Below, piece after piece: positions 19,129 to 29,991 of a DNA stretch of 64,000 bases (position 1 is its first letter; each line of letters starts with the position of its first letter). This DNA is from Bdellovibrionales bacterium (lineage in GTDB: Bacteria > Bdellovibrionota > Bdellovibrionia > Bdellovibrionales > JAUICD01), in NCBI GenBank assembly GCA_965203275.1, contig OZ241865.1, positions 2,208,001-2,272,000 on the forward strand, given 5' to 3'. Under the pieces are notes generated by a model. It saw only the letters and a program-made list of their open reading frames with translations, did no database searches and was not told the DNA's origin. The translations under genes were made by a program, and so were the position numbers.

Positions 19129-21968
19129 TCTGATAAATCCCTTTTATAAAAATCAACAGTTTGTCCTCCTTCAAGCAAAGTAGAATCTTCTGTATTTGCT
19201 GTCGGCTCTGTCCCCTCTAAAAAAGCTTGCATGACAACTTTTTCTGAATTTGCAGAAGCTAAAAAGCCTGTTTCATTATCAATATTGGCAAATACAATTT
19301 GATCAGGTACCATAAAATCTTTTTGAGGTAGAGCTTCATGGGATTTTTTCATGTATTCTAACCAAATAGGCAATGCTGCAAGACTACCTGTTTCGCCTCG
19401 ACCCAAAGTTCTTTCATCGTCAAAGCCAACCCAAACACCTGTAACAATTTGAGGTGTATATCCCACATACCAAGCATCAAAATAACCACTTGTGGTACCT
19501 GTCTTACCAGCAGATATTCGCCCTAGTTGCCTTGCTCTAGCTGCTGTACCACCTTGTTCTTCTACAGCAGCCCTTAAAAGACTTGTGATCAAATAAGCTG
19601 TTTGAGGTGTGATTAATTGTTGTGGATCTTCAAAAAATATAAAAGGCTTTGTACCTCTATCTACTATATTGGCATGAGATTCTTCTGCTGTGTTTCTTTC
19701 TGGTGGATCTTCTATATTTGTTTTTTCCTCTTCTAATGAAGAATCATTTATATCACTTAAATAACTAGCATTAAGAAACTTCATCCTATCGATAGCAAAT
19801 TGACTATCTAACTGTGCAAGAACATTTTGAAATCTCTGATCCATAGAAACATGTCCCAACAGGGTATCCCCTATCATATTTTCTACCTTTTGTATCATTA
19901 AAGGAGATATTTTTTGTCCAAGTCTTGCAAAATGGGCAAAAACTTTAGTGATTTCATAAAGAGTAATACTGCTAGAGCCTAAGCCAAGACTCAAATCCAT
20001 ATTCAAAGAGTGAAATATGCCCAAACGCCTCGCATATTGAGTGACCCAATCCAATCCAACTATTTCTAAAAGCTTCACAGTAGGAATATTTTTAGATTGT
20101 TTAAGAGCATTTCTTAAAAGAGTATCCCCTTCAAAGCGAGAGGCATAATTGCCAGGTCTCCAGGTAAAAGTTTCAATTTCTTCATCATCTTCGTCCTCAT
20201 TTGCTTTTCGTTCTTCTTTGTAGATAATAGGAGAATCAGTGATAATGCTATTGGGTTTAAAACCCTTATCTAAAGCACTCAAGTAAATAATAGGTTTAAA
20301 GGAAGAACCTGGTTGTCTTAAAGCTTGAATAGCTCTATTAAATTTAGATTGATTAAAATTACGTCCGCCCACCATAGCAATAATATTTTCTGTTTGAAGA
20401 TCAAAAGAGATCAAGGCTCCTTGCACGAGAGGTTCTTGTTCTAACTCTAAAAGGGCAAATTCTTCAAATTTATATTTTTTGGCCAGAGTTTGTCTGGCTT
20501 TTTTATTCATTTGTGCAATTCGTTGAGATCGGAAAGTTTCATCAACAACTTTAACTTCTATCACATCACCTTTTTTAAGGGCTTGAGAAGGTTTTTTAAT
20601 TTCTCTGAATCTCCAATGGGTTTGTGGATTGGGTTTCGTAGCCCATTTCATACTCTCTATATCAATAAGCCCTTGTGTTTCAGAAATATGAATAGTCACT
20701 AAACCCCATAAGTCGTCCACTTCCATCACCACCCCTTTTACAATGTCCCCTTTGTCCATATAGTATGGGATGTTTGAGGCTTTGTTTGCTGTTTTGTTTG
20801 TGTTTTTTTTATTGAGGTTTTGATCATCGGATAAAGCTATTTCTGTATTTTGTTTAACTTCACCATCAGGTCCAATAATATGAGAAGGGTCTTTATCTGT
20901 GATCAAGTCTTTGCGTGTTTTAGATAAAAATTCAATGATTTGTTTTGGATCTTCGAGGTGGTCCCTAGCCCCTCGATAACCTTGCCTTTTATCAACCAGT
21001 CTGAGTCCTGTTTTGAGGCTTTCCTGAGCAACTATTTGTTTCTTTAGATCAACGGATGTGTAGACTCTTACGCCTTGGTCAAGAACTGTATCTTCACCTA
21101 GTTCTTTGACTAACTGTTGGCGAACTGTTTCAACATAGTAAGGAGCAAAGTGCTGGTAGTCTTTTCTAAAATACACTTTTACATCTTTTTGAAGGGTTGT
21201 ATTTTTTTCTTCTGTTGAGATAAAACCTTGAGCTTCCATACGTGAGAGAACATATTTTTGACGATTTTTTGCAGCAGAAGGATTGATGATAGGGGAGTAA
21301 CGGCTAGGTGCTTGAGGTAAACCCGCTAAGATAGCCATTTCTGCTAATGTTAAATCTTGAAGTGCTTTTCTAAAATAAAGTTCAGAGGCTGCAATTACGC
21401 CATAAACTCCAGAACCAAGATAAATTTGATTGAGATAAAGGTAGAGAATTTCTTCTTTGTTGAGGCGTCTTTCCATGCGGTAGGCTAGTAAGATTTCCTT
21501 AATCTTACGGGTGTAGGTTTTTTCAGGAGTTAAAAGGAGAGAGCGTGCAACTTGTTGTGTGATCGTGGAACCACCTTGTACTTTACGGCCTTCTTTAAGG
21601 TTGACTGATAAAGCTCTTAGAATAGCTAGATAATTAATGCCTTGATGTTCATAGAAACTAGCGTCTTCTGCTGCAATAAAGGCTTGCATAAGTTTTTCAG
21701 GGATATCTTCAATTTTAACAAGCTTGCGTTTTTCCCTAAAAAATTCCCCTATTTTTTCACCATTTATATCGAAAACTTCAGAGACCAATTTAGGTTTATA
21801 ATCTTCTGCTGTGACAAGGTGAGGAAGTGTTGTAGAAAGGTGAAATAGATATAAGGTAGCAGCTATTGTGATCAAGCAGATAAAGAATATGCTCATAGCT
21901 AGGGAATAAAAGATAGGTTTTTTCCATGGAAGTTTAAAGACAAAATTTAAGTATTGTTTTAAATGCAT
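19125..21968 (-). CDS. mrcA: Penicillin-binding protein 1A (bifunctional transglycosylase/transpeptidase)
   Basis: EDASFYEH, QGGSTITQQ, RKIKE, SSFK, SKN and KTG motifs; N-terminal TM. Confidence 0.93.
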   Translation of the reverse strand: MHLKQYLNFVFKLPWKKPIFYSLAMSIFFICLITIAATLYLFHLSTTLPHLVTAEDYKPKLVSEVFDINGEKIGEFFREKRKLVKIEDIPEKLMQAFIAAEDASFYEHQGINYLAILRALSVNLKEGRKVQGGSTITQQVARSLLLTPEKTYTRKIKEILLAYRMERRLNKEEILYLYLNQIYLGSGVYGVIAASELYFRKALQDLTLAEMAILAGLPQAPSRYSPIINPSAAKNRQKYVLSRMEAQGFISTEEKNTTLQKDVKVYFRKDYQHFAPYYVETVRQQLVKELGEDTVLDQGVRVYTSVDLKKQIVAQESLKTGLRLVDKRQGYRGARDHLEDPKQIIEFLSKTRKDLITDKDPSHIIGPDGEVKQNTEIALSDDQNLNKKNTNKTANKASNIPYYMDKGDIVKGVVMEVDDLWGLVTIHISETQGLIDIESMKWATKPNPQTHWRFREIKKPSQALKKGDVIEVKVVDETFRSQRIAQMNKKARQTLAKKYKFEEFALLELEQEPLVQGALISFDLQTENIIAMVGGRNFNQSKFNRAIQALRQPGSSFKPIIYLSALDKGFKPNSIITDSPIIYKEERKANEDEDDEEIETFTWRPGNYASRFEGDTLLRNALKQSKNIPTVKLLEIVGLDWVTQYARRLGIFHSLNMDLSLGLGSSSITLYEITKVFAHFARLGQKISPLMIQKVENMIGDTLLGHVSMDQRFQNVLAQLDSQFAIDRMKFLNASYLSDINDSSLEEEKTNIEDPPERNTAEESHANIVDRGTKPFIFFEDPQQLITPQTAYLITSLLRAAVEEQGGTAARARQLGRISAGKTGTTSGYFDAWYVGYTPQIVTGVWVGFDDERTLGRGETGSLAALPIWLEYMKKSHEALPQKDFMVPDQIVFANIDNETGFLASANSEKVVMQAFLEGTEPTANTEDSTLLEGGQTVDFYKRDLSE

Positions 21969-22327
21969 GTTCTTTAGTACCCTCCATTAAATCTTTTGAG
22001 AAAACTTTTAATGCAGTAAATGTTCAGACTTTTTAACATCGTGTTAAAGAAATGGTAATTTATTTTAAAACTTTTGTCAAGCAGTTCATTAAGATGGTTT
22101 GAGTTTGTTTCGTTTTCATACAAAGTCTATTCTTTTAGAATTACTCTAAGCACTATGGTTATTTTTTAGAAATACACTTTTAATGTGAGATTTGACTCAA
22201 ATATCAAAATAGCTCATCGTGACATGCTATAATAATAGAATTTTTAAAGGAACTCCATAAGTTACACATCTTAAAAAGAGTTTATGGCATGACCTTCTTT
22301 ATTTTTGAGAAACCTCAAATTGAAGAA

Positions 22328-23644
22328 TTATTTCATCGGTTTAAAAGAGTACCCTGCATATTGGCCTTGTTCTTTAAGATCTTCTTCTATACGGATTAAT
22401 TGATTGTACTTTGCAAGTCTTTCACTCCGGCAAACGCTACCTGTTTTAATTTGAGAGCAAGAAAAACCAACAGCTAAATCTGCAATAATAGTATCCTCTG
22501 TCTCACCACTTCTATGAGACATAATGGTATTATATCCATGAGCTTTTGCTAAGGATATGGTTTCTTTTGTTTCTGTGATTGTTCCTATTTGATTAGGTTT
22601 AATTAAAATAGCGTCAGCGACAGATTTTTCTATCCCCATTTTGAGTCTTTGAGGATGAGTTACAAAAAGATCATCCCCTACCATTTGCAATTTGCCTTTG
22701 AGTTTGGAGGTCATCTCACGCCAAGCCTCCCAGTCATTTTCTGCAAGTGCGTCTTCTATACTGATTAACGGAAATTTTCTCTGCCAAGTTTCATAAATAG
22801 ATATCAATTCACTACCAGTTATTTCTTGACCTTCCCATAAATAAAAATATTCATTTTTTTTTGAAATAGAAAATTCTGTGGCAGCCACATCTAAAGCTAA
22901 AAATATATCTTCTCCTAATCGATATTTTGTTTTTTCAATAGCCAAACAAATAAGATCTAAAGCTTGTTGGTTATTTTGAAGAGAGGGAGCAAAACCTCCC
23001 TCATCACCTACTGCGGTTGAAAAACCTTTATTTTTAAGAATAGATTTTAAACAGTGGAAAATTTCACTGGCAGCTCTTAAAGACAGAGAAAAAGAATTTT
23101 CAACTAAAGGTACAATCATAAACTCTTGCACTTCTAAAGCATTATGGGCATGCACACCTCCATTGAGGATATTAATCAAAGGCACTGGCAATGAGTATTT
23201 TTTTTCACCTCCTAGATATTTAAACAATTGACCACTGGTTGTGTTATGAACAGTAGAACTGCCATAAGTAGAACTGCTATAAGCAGCCGCTTTGAGGCAA
23301 GCCATAGAGACACCTAAAATAGCATTGGCTCCTAACTTTGATTTATTTTCAGTAGCGTCTAGTTTTAAAAGGGTCTGATCTATTTGACTTTGATGAGAGA
23401 TGTCCATGCCTTTTATTTGAGGAGCTATGATTTGCATGATGTGCTTTATAGCTTGAGTGACCCCTTTGCCATGGAATGCGTCTGTTCCATCTCTGATTTC
23501 TAAAGCCTCAAAAGAACCTTTAGAAGCCCCTGAAGGGACAGCTGCTCTGCCAAAGATGCCATTTTCAATAATAACATCAACCTCTATAGTAGGAAATCCT
23601 CGGCTATCTAAAATTTGCCTTGCTTTGATTTGCTGGATTTTCAT
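22328..23644 (-). CDS. eno: Enolase
   Basis: DSRGFPTIE, VGDEGG, KPNQIG, SHRSGET and RSERLAKYNQL. Confidence 0.98.
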   Translation of the reverse strand: MKIQQIKARQILDSRGFPTIEVDVIIENGIFGRAAVPSGASKGSFEALEIRDGTDAFHGKGVTQAIKHIMQIIAPQIKGMDISHQSQIDQTLLKLDATENKSKLGANAILGVSMACLKAAAYSSSTYGSSTVHNTTSGQLFKYLGGEKKYSLPVPLINILNGGVHAHNALEVQEFMIVPLVENSFSLSLRAASEIFHCLKSILKNKGFSTAVGDEGGFAPSLQNNQQALDLICLAIEKTKYRLGEDIFLALDVAATEFSISKKNEYFYLWEGQEITGSELISIYETWQRKFPLISIEDALAENDWEAWREMTSKLKGKLQMVGDDLFVTHPQRLKMGIEKSVADAILIKPNQIGTITETKETISLAKAHGYNTIMSHRSGETEDTIIADLAVGFSCSQIKTGSVCRSERLAKYNQLIRIEEDLKEQGQYAGYSFKPMK

Positions 23645-23656
23645 TATGGTGCCTCT

Positions 23657-24949
23657 TTAGCCTTCAAATATTTTTTGCGTGCGATTTTGTATATCTTTTA
23701 ATAACTTTTGATGAGAAAATATCTTGTCTAGCTCTTTTTGAGAAAGAATATCTTTGGTTTGAGGATTCTTAAGAAATACATCTTTAAGATTTTCATTCTT
23801 TCCCATCTGATGACTTAACATTTGAATTAAATGATATGCTTGTGATCGAGGTAGGCCTTTTTGAATAAGAGTAAGAAGAAGGTGGGAGCTAAAAATTTGC
23901 CCTTGAGATAAATCCATATTTTCTTTCATTTTTTGAGGATAAACACTTAAATTTTCTATGGTGTGAGCCATGCGGTGGAGAGCATAGTCAAGAAGGATGA
24001 AAGCATCTGGGAAAATAACTCTTTCCACACTAGAGTGACTGATATCTCTTTCATGCCAGAGTGCCATATTTTCTAAAACAGGGAGAGTATAACTTCTGAG
24101 GATACGAGCTATACCTGTTAAATTCTCTCCACTGATAGGATTTTTTTTATGGGGCATCACGCTACTGCCTTGTTGTCCTGGCAAAAAGGATTCTGAAATT
24201 TCTCTAATCTCTGTTCTTTGGAGATGACGTAACTCAATAGCAAGCCTTTCGAGTCCACCTGCATATAAGGCTATAGCTAGGATGACTTCTGCATGACGAT
24301 CCCTTGGCACAACTTGTGTGGCAATAGTTTCTGGTGGAAGACCTAAATTTTTAGCTACTTGTATTTCGATAGTTTCAGGAAGGGTTGCATACGTGCCAAC
24401 GGCTCCTGAAAGCTTACAAACACAGCATTGTTGAATCGCTTGCTGAAGTCTTTTTTGATGTCTTTGAAATTCACAAAGATGTCCAGCTAATTTATAACCA
24501 AAAGTGGTCGGCCCTGCATGCATGCCATGTGTCCTTCCCACACACAGAGAAGCAATGTGTTTTTGAGATTGACTTTTGAGGGCTTCTTTAAGTCGAGTGA
24601 TGCCTTTTTGTAAAACCTGAGATGCCTGAATGATTTGAAGGCTCAAAGCAGTATCAAGTACATCAGAACTTGTCAAACCATAGTGCAGATATTTACCATT
24701 GTCTCCAATATTTTCAGCAACTGTGTTGATAAAAGCTGTGACATCGTGTTGAGTGGTTTTTTCCATTTTCAAAATACCTTCAATGGAAAAATGAGATTTA
24801 TTTTGAATGTCTTGTGCAGCTTGTTGTGGGATCATTTGCATTTGAGCTTGCACATTAGCTACAGCTTTTTCAACCTGAAGGATAAAATCAAAACGAACTT
24901 TCTGTGTCCACAAGTTGGACATTTCTTTTCGGGCATATCGTGCAATCAT
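23657..24949 (-). CDS. purB: Adenylosuccinate lyase
   Basis: HYGLTSSD, GRTHGMHA, GSSVMPHKKNP and WHERDISHSSVER. Confidence 0.97.
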   Translation of the reverse strand: MIARYARKEMSNLWTQKVRFDFILQVEKAVANVQAQMQMIPQQAAQDIQNKSHFSIEGILKMEKTTQHDVTAFINTVAENIGDNGKYLHYGLTSSDVLDTALSLQIIQASQVLQKGITRLKEALKSQSQKHIASLCVGRTHGMHAGPTTFGYKLAGHLCEFQRHQKRLQQAIQQCCVCKLSGAVGTYATLPETIEIQVAKNLGLPPETIATQVVPRDRHAEVILAIALYAGGLERLAIELRHLQRTEIREISESFLPGQQGSSVMPHKKNPISGENLTGIARILRSYTLPVLENMALWHERDISHSSVERVIFPDAFILLDYALHRMAHTIENLSVYPQKMKENMDLSQGQIFSSHLLLTLIQKGLPRSQAYHLIQMLSHQMGKNENLKDVFLKNPQTKDILSQKELDKIFSHQKLLKDIQNRTQKIFEG

Positions 24950-25003
24950 TGAACATAGCTCCCTTTTTAGAATATGGTTATATGTTTTATTTTAAACTCT
25001 ATA

Positions 25004-25978
25004 TCAATGAACGATAGCTTCTTTAGATTTAAAGAAAATCACATTGTCCATAGCATTTTCTTTATGAAAAAGATGACGAATAAAATTTTGGATATCTTTA
25101 TGAGGTTGCAAATGAGTAGAATTAGAAGGTGTTACAATTCGAGATTTTGAAAGATGACACAAGAGCGATTTATTTAATCTTTGAACACGAATAGCTTTTT
25201 GTAAAGATTGAATGTTTTGAGTTGTGGCAGCAATGATACGTGGATAACAAAGTTTGACGCTTTGATAAGAATAAAGGGATTGAAATGCAAGATATTTTTC
25301 AAGGGATTTTTGCAAAACCTTTGAAAGATGAGTGATTTCTGGTACATAAACAGTGACATTACCTAAGTAAGAAATAAATTCAGGGTAATGTAATTGATCT
25401 TTGTTTTTTTTATCAATGGAAATAAATTGCAATGATTGAGACTGAACATGTATTTTGTAAGCTTGTTGAAGTGCTTTCTCAGGATTATTGGCTAAAATAA
25501 AAACAGGATGTTTACTAGAAAATAAAGCATGCGGTAGAGGTTGCACAGCTAAGGCTTGAGGCTTGATATGGTTTATTTGCTTTGTCTTTTTGATTTGCTC
25601 TTTTAAGAGGTTTTCAATATCACGGATCACTTGCTTTTTATGTTCAGCAATAACCACAGATCTTACAAGTAGGTCTGCTAGCATTTGTACCTTTTTTATT
25701 TTATGTGGTGGAAGAGTGATCCCATCGACTATATTAATGTATCCATAGAGATGATCATTCTTAGTGATAGGTATAAGTAGATCGTTTTGCATTGTAATCA
25801 GCTGGGCCTCTTTATGACTCAAGATAATATTAAGTATTTTGTAGGGTGGGTTTTGTTCATTATTTAAGTCAGTTAATTCTACGTGACATCCAAACTGCCT
25901 TTGAACTAGGCTTGCAAATCGATCCCAAACTATTTGAACGGGTGTAGATTGTACCATAAGCTTTGAATCCTTCCTCAT
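25004..25978 (-). CDS. Hypothetical protein with degenerate sigma54-activator-like C-terminal region
   Basis: TVYVPEITHLSKVLQKSL and PRIIAATTQNIQ echo the bEBP AAA+ core; no Walker A or GAFTGA. Confidence 0.5.
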   Translation of the reverse strand: MRKDSKLMVQSTPVQIVWDRFASLVQRQFGCHVELTDLNNEQNPPYKILNIILSHKEAQLITMQNDLLIPITKNDHLYGYINIVDGITLPPHKIKKVQMLADLLVRSVVIAEHKKQVIRDIENLLKEQIKKTKQINHIKPQALAVQPLPHALFSSKHPVFILANNPEKALQQAYKIHVQSQSLQFISIDKKNKDQLHYPEFISYLGNVTVYVPEITHLSKVLQKSLEKYLAFQSLYSYQSVKLCYPRIIAATTQNIQSLQKAIRVQRLNKSLLCHLSKSRIVTPSNSTHLQPHKDIQNFIRHLFHKENAMDNVIFFKSKEAIVH

Positions 25979-26400
25979 TTTATTTAGATACTCCAGTCAA
26001 CTTGATAGATTAGGGTTGTAAGTACTTTGCTTTTATTTCTGTTGTACATCATTCATACCACAACTCCAATAAAATTCTATATTTTTATGTGATTTATTAT
26101 GCAATTAATATGCAAAAACTGTGTATAAGAAGCATTTTTATTACAATCATTGTCAATTTTTCAAAATAAAGGCATATTATGTCATTTTTTTAGGATGAAA
26201 GCTTTGTATGAGGTAAAAAAACAGCTTTTTACACATTTGTTATTGGATATAGTCGTTTGATCAAAGCATGCTCTTGACATGCTCTTGCAAAAATCCAACA
26301 AAACAAGGTGAGCTTATATTGAAAAATGAACAACTTTTTGACAAGATGAGTAAGTTTTACAAAAAATAAATATGCCTTTAATTGAATATAGCCATTGATT

Positions 26401-27831
26401 TTATCCAATGCTGTTTTCTAATTTCATCTCAATAAGCTTCACAGCTTCAACTGAAAATTCTAAAGGTAGCTTTTGAAATATGTCATGACAAAAGCCATTG
26501 ACTAAAACAGAGATGGCTTCTTCTATACTTAAACCTCTGGATTGTAGATAAAAAAGTTGATCTTCGCTAATGCGAGTTGTACTGGCTTCATGCTCTAAAA
26601 TAGCTGATTTATTTTTAACTTCCATATAAGGATAAGTGTGGACACTGCTTTGATCTTCGATCAACATAGAATCACATTGAGAGTAATTTCTAGCTTGTTT
26701 TGCTGAAGGAAGGATCTTAACAAGCCCTCTATATACATTAGATGACTTGTCTGTTGAAATACTTTTAGAAATAATTGTGCTTTTGGTGTTTTTTCCAATA
26801 TGGATCATCTTTGTACCTGTATCCGCTTGCATTTTTCCATTTGTTAGAGCTACAGAATAAAAAGCTCCAGAAGAATGATCTCCTTGTAAAACACAGCTAG
26901 GATACTTCCAAGTAATGGCTGAACCTGCCTCTACCTGTGTCCATGTAATACGTGAGCTGTCCCCTAAACATTTACCTCTTTTTGTCACAAAATTGTAAAC
27001 TCCACCTTTACCTTTTTCATCTCCAGAGTACCAATTTTGTACAGTAGAATAATTAATCTGAGCATTTTTTAAGGCAATGAGTTCCACGACAGCAGCATGT
27101 AATTGATTGTTGTCATACATAGGAGCAGTGCATCCCTCTAAATAATTGACAAAGCTACCCTCCTCAGCGATGAGAAGTGTTCTTTCAAACTGCCCTGTGT
27201 CTTTTGCATTAATACGAAAATAAGTTGATAAATCCATGGGGCAACGGACATTTTTAGGAATATAACAAAAAGATCCATCACTAAAAACAGCTGCATTCAA
27301 GGTAGAGAAAAAATTATCTCCTATAGGAACAACTTTGCCCAGGTATTTTTCAATCATTTCAGGGTATTTTGTAACAGCTTCAGAAAAAGAGCAGAAAATC
27401 ACACCTGATGCTTCTAGCTCTTTTTGATGAGTTGTGCCAATAGAAACACTATCAAAAACAGCATCAATAGCTACACCTGTAAGCCTTTTCTGCTCCATTA
27501 GCGGAATACCTAATCTTTCAAAGGTTTTGATCAGTTCAGGGTCAACATCTTTTAAGGATTGAGGAGAGAGTGATTGTTTTTTAGGAGTAGAAAAATAGCT
27601 CATATTTTGATAATCAATGGGAGGGTATTGAAGGTAGGCCCAGCGAGGTTCTTTCATCTTTTGCCAGGTTTTAAAGGCCTTTAGCCTATATTGGAGTAAA
27701 AATTCTGGCTCTTTTTTTTTGTGAGAAATAGCATGAATAGTCTCTTCATTTAACCCTTTTTTAAGAGACTCAGATGTGATCGGCGTGACAAAGCCATATT
27801 TGTAATCTTGTTTTTTTAACGCAACATCCAT
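26401..27831 (-). CDS. sufB: Fe-S cluster assembly protein SufB
   Basis: [30 protein letters not shown] and [10 protein letters not shown]. Confidence 0.98.
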   Translation of the reverse strand: MDVALKKQDYKYGFVTPITSESLKKGLNEETIHAISHKKKEPEFLLQYRLKAFKTWQKMKEPRWAYLQYPPIDYQNMSYFSTPKKQSLSPQSLKDVDPELIKTFERLGIPLMEQKRLTGVAIDAVFDSVSIGTTHQKELEASGVIFCSFSEAVTKYPEMIEKYLGKVVPIGDNFFSTLNAAVFSDGSFCYIPKNVRCPMDLSTYFRINAKDTGQFERTLLIAEEGSFVNYLEGCTAPMYDNNQLHAAVVELIALKNAQINYSTVQNWYSGDEKGKGGVYNFVTKRGKCLGDSSRITWTQVEAGSAITWKYPSCVLQGDHSSGAFYSVALTNGKMQADTGTKMIHIGKNTKSTIISKSISTDKSSNVYRGLVKILPSAKQARNYSQCDSMLIEDQSSVHTYPYMEVKNKSAILEHEASTTRISEDQLFYLQSRGLSIEEAISVLVNGFCHDIFQKLPLEFSVEAVKLIEMKLENSIG

Positions 27832-28183
27832 TATTTTTCCTCAAAATAAATAATAAAATAAACCATACTTTTATTTGCTTTTCAGTGTTTTTCAGATGGC
27901 TTACGCTACTTCAATTAAAAAACCATCAGAAAATGAAACACTTTGATAATGAAATCATAGCATATATATAGACTTTTGTCATAAATTTGATCTACAATGT
28001 GTAATAGGTAGAGAAATGCTCTAAAAGTATCAGAAAACACTATTTTAAGTCAAATATGTCTTATTATGATAATTTTTATATAAATTCTTGATGACTTATG
28101 TGTTTTATTATATCATTGTATTTATCATATTATTAAATTAATATTAATAATTTTAACTTTAACATGCACAAAGGAGGCGTCCC

Positions 28184-28894
28184 GTGAAATACCTTAAACA
28201 TTTAAACTATTTAATTTTATCTCTATTTGTAGCTTTTGTCTGTGTGTCTTGCACTCATGGTCAAGGAAAACCTTATGCCAATAAGGAACACAAAGGCAAG
28301 CATAAAAGCTATGAAAAACGTATGTGGAAGAAGATGGATGCTAATAAGGACCGTCAGATATCCCATGAAGAATTTATGCAATTCCATAAAAAGAAGTTTA
28401 AGAAAATGGACAAAGATGAAGATAAAGCCATTTCTAAGTCAGAAAAGAAAAAGGCATGGAAGAAATGGAAAGCAAAGAAACACAAGAAACATGCTGATTG
28501 TGACAAATGTGGCAAAAAAAAGTATAAAAAACATTACAAAAAGCGTATGTGGAAAAAAATGGATGCTGATGAGAATGGTGAAGTTTCTCATAAAGAATTT
28601 ATGGATTTCCACAAAAAGAAGTTTAAAAAGATGGATGCCGATGAGGATGGCATGATCTCTAAAGAAGAGAAGAAAGCATGGAAGAAAAAGAAAAAGAAAA
28701 AAATGAAGAAATGGTACAAAAAGCACAAAGCACATAAAGGGGAAAAGCACAGAAAAGAGAAAAAGGAAGAAGTAGCTGAAGATCAAGAAGCTCCTGCTGA
28801 TGAAGATGAAGACAGAGCTGATGATCAAGAAAAAGCTGCTCCAGAGGAAAACACTCAAGCAGAAGCTTCAGAAGAAGATAATGCTCAAGAGTAA
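28184..28894 (+). CDS. Lys/His-rich EF-hand protein, probably a lipoprotein
   Basis: Four EF-hand loops (DANKDRQISHEEF, DKDEDKAISKSE, DADENGEVSHKEF, DADEDGMISKEE) in an internal duplication; AAGGAGG RBS; acidic tail. Confidence 0.8.
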   Translation: MKYLKHLNYLILSLFVAFVCVSCTHGQGKPYANKEHKGKHKSYEKRMWKKMDANKDRQISHEEFMQFHKKKFKKMDKDEDKAISKSEKKKAWKKWKAKKHKKHADCDKCGKKKYKKHYKKRMWKKMDADENGEVSHKEFMDFHKKKFKKMDADEDGMISKEEKKAWKKKKKKKMKKWYKKHKAHKGEKHRKEKKEEVAEDQEAPADEDEDRADDQEKAAPEENTQAEASEEDNAQE

Positions 28895-29117
28895 GTAAAT
28901 ATTTCCTTATAAGCCTCTCTTGTGAAACGTGTTTTTCTTAGAGACTTTTTATGACTGAACTACCTCATTGCTATTCTGCTCTTGTAAGAAAGGCAGAATA
29001 GTGATGGAGATGGTGGTTGTTGTTTCTCATCACCAGCAAGCTTTCAAGAAAGCAAGCCTTCAAGAAAGAAGGTTTTCAAGAAACTGATCGTGTTTTTAGA
29101 CTAAAAAGTGTGACAAA

Positions 29118-29636
29118 ATGGTTATAAAACTCAATGAAATTCCAACAGAAGGACTTTTAATTCAGTTAAATCAAGAAGATCGTAGAACATCTCAAGCTCT
29201 TCAAGACCTTTTAATGCATCATCCGTTTGAGGTAGAAGCTTGTATTTTACCTATAGACCAAGGATATGAACTTTATGGAAAGATTACAGGACAAAGAACT
29301 CTTGAATGTTCTTTTTGTCTTTGTCAATTTAAGCAACCTTTTTGTGAAAAATTCCATGACATTTATTTAAAAACCAAAGCTAAAATAGCACAAAATCTTC
29401 AGATGTCAGATGTATCTTCTGATATTTCTGTCTTTCCTTTAAAAAGTATGAGGTTTTCATTTAGTGATTTTTTACATGAAATTTTAGTCCTAGCAACAGA
29501 TTTTCAAGTCTTATGTAAAAAAGATTGTAAGGGTCTTTGTTGCCACTGCGGTAAGAATCTTAACCATGAAAAATGCACTTGTTCCAAAAGTTTTTACAAG
29601 CAATCAAATCCCTTTTCTGCTCTTTTGAAAATGTGA
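29118..29636 (+). CDS. yceD: DUF177/YceD family protein
   Basis: CSFCL and LCKKDCKGLCCHCGKNLN motifs; upstream of rpmF. Confidence 0.9.
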   Translation: MVIKLNEIPTEGLLIQLNQEDRRTSQALQDLLMHHPFEVEACILPIDQGYELYGKITGQRTLECSFCLCQFKQPFCEKFHDIYLKTKAKIAQNLQMSDVSSDISVFPLKSMRFSFSDFLHEILVLATDFQVLCKKDCKGLCCHCGKNLNHEKCTCSKSFYKQSNPFSALLKM

Positions 29637-29763
29637 TTATATAAAAAAATGATATATTTCTGTAAAATAATTTAAGATTAATGACAGAAGGGGTTGATTT
29701 TTAATAGACGATAGATTATGTTAGTGGAATCTGATTATTAACAATGAAAACACGGGATATATT

Positions 29764-29988
29764 ATGGCAGAACCCACCAGTAAAACCACTAGGTCTAAAA
29801 GAGGTATGAGACGTTCACACCATGCCATTAAACAGACACTTTTTGCTACATGTCTTCATTGTGGGACACCTATTCGTCCACACCATGTTTGCTCTCATTG
29901 TGGGCATTATAAGGGACGTGTTTATAATGAGTTCATTAAGGTAGCAAAACCTAAAAAGAAGAAAAAAGATCAAGATAAAACCGAGTAA
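29764..29988 (+). CDS. rpmF: 50S ribosomal protein L32
   Basis: KRGMRRSH and zinc ribbon CLHCG...[11 protein letters not shown]. Confidence 0.95.
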   Translation: MAEPTSKTTRSKRGMRRSHHAIKQTLFATCLHCGTPIRPHHVCSHCGHYKGRVYNEFIKVAKPKKKKKDQDKTE

Positions 29989-29991
29989 TTT

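Noticed and set aside
29037..29083. Three ~16-bp direct repeats ending TTCAAGAAA upstream of yceD
   Set aside because: Short and degenerate; cannot be told apart from local slippage
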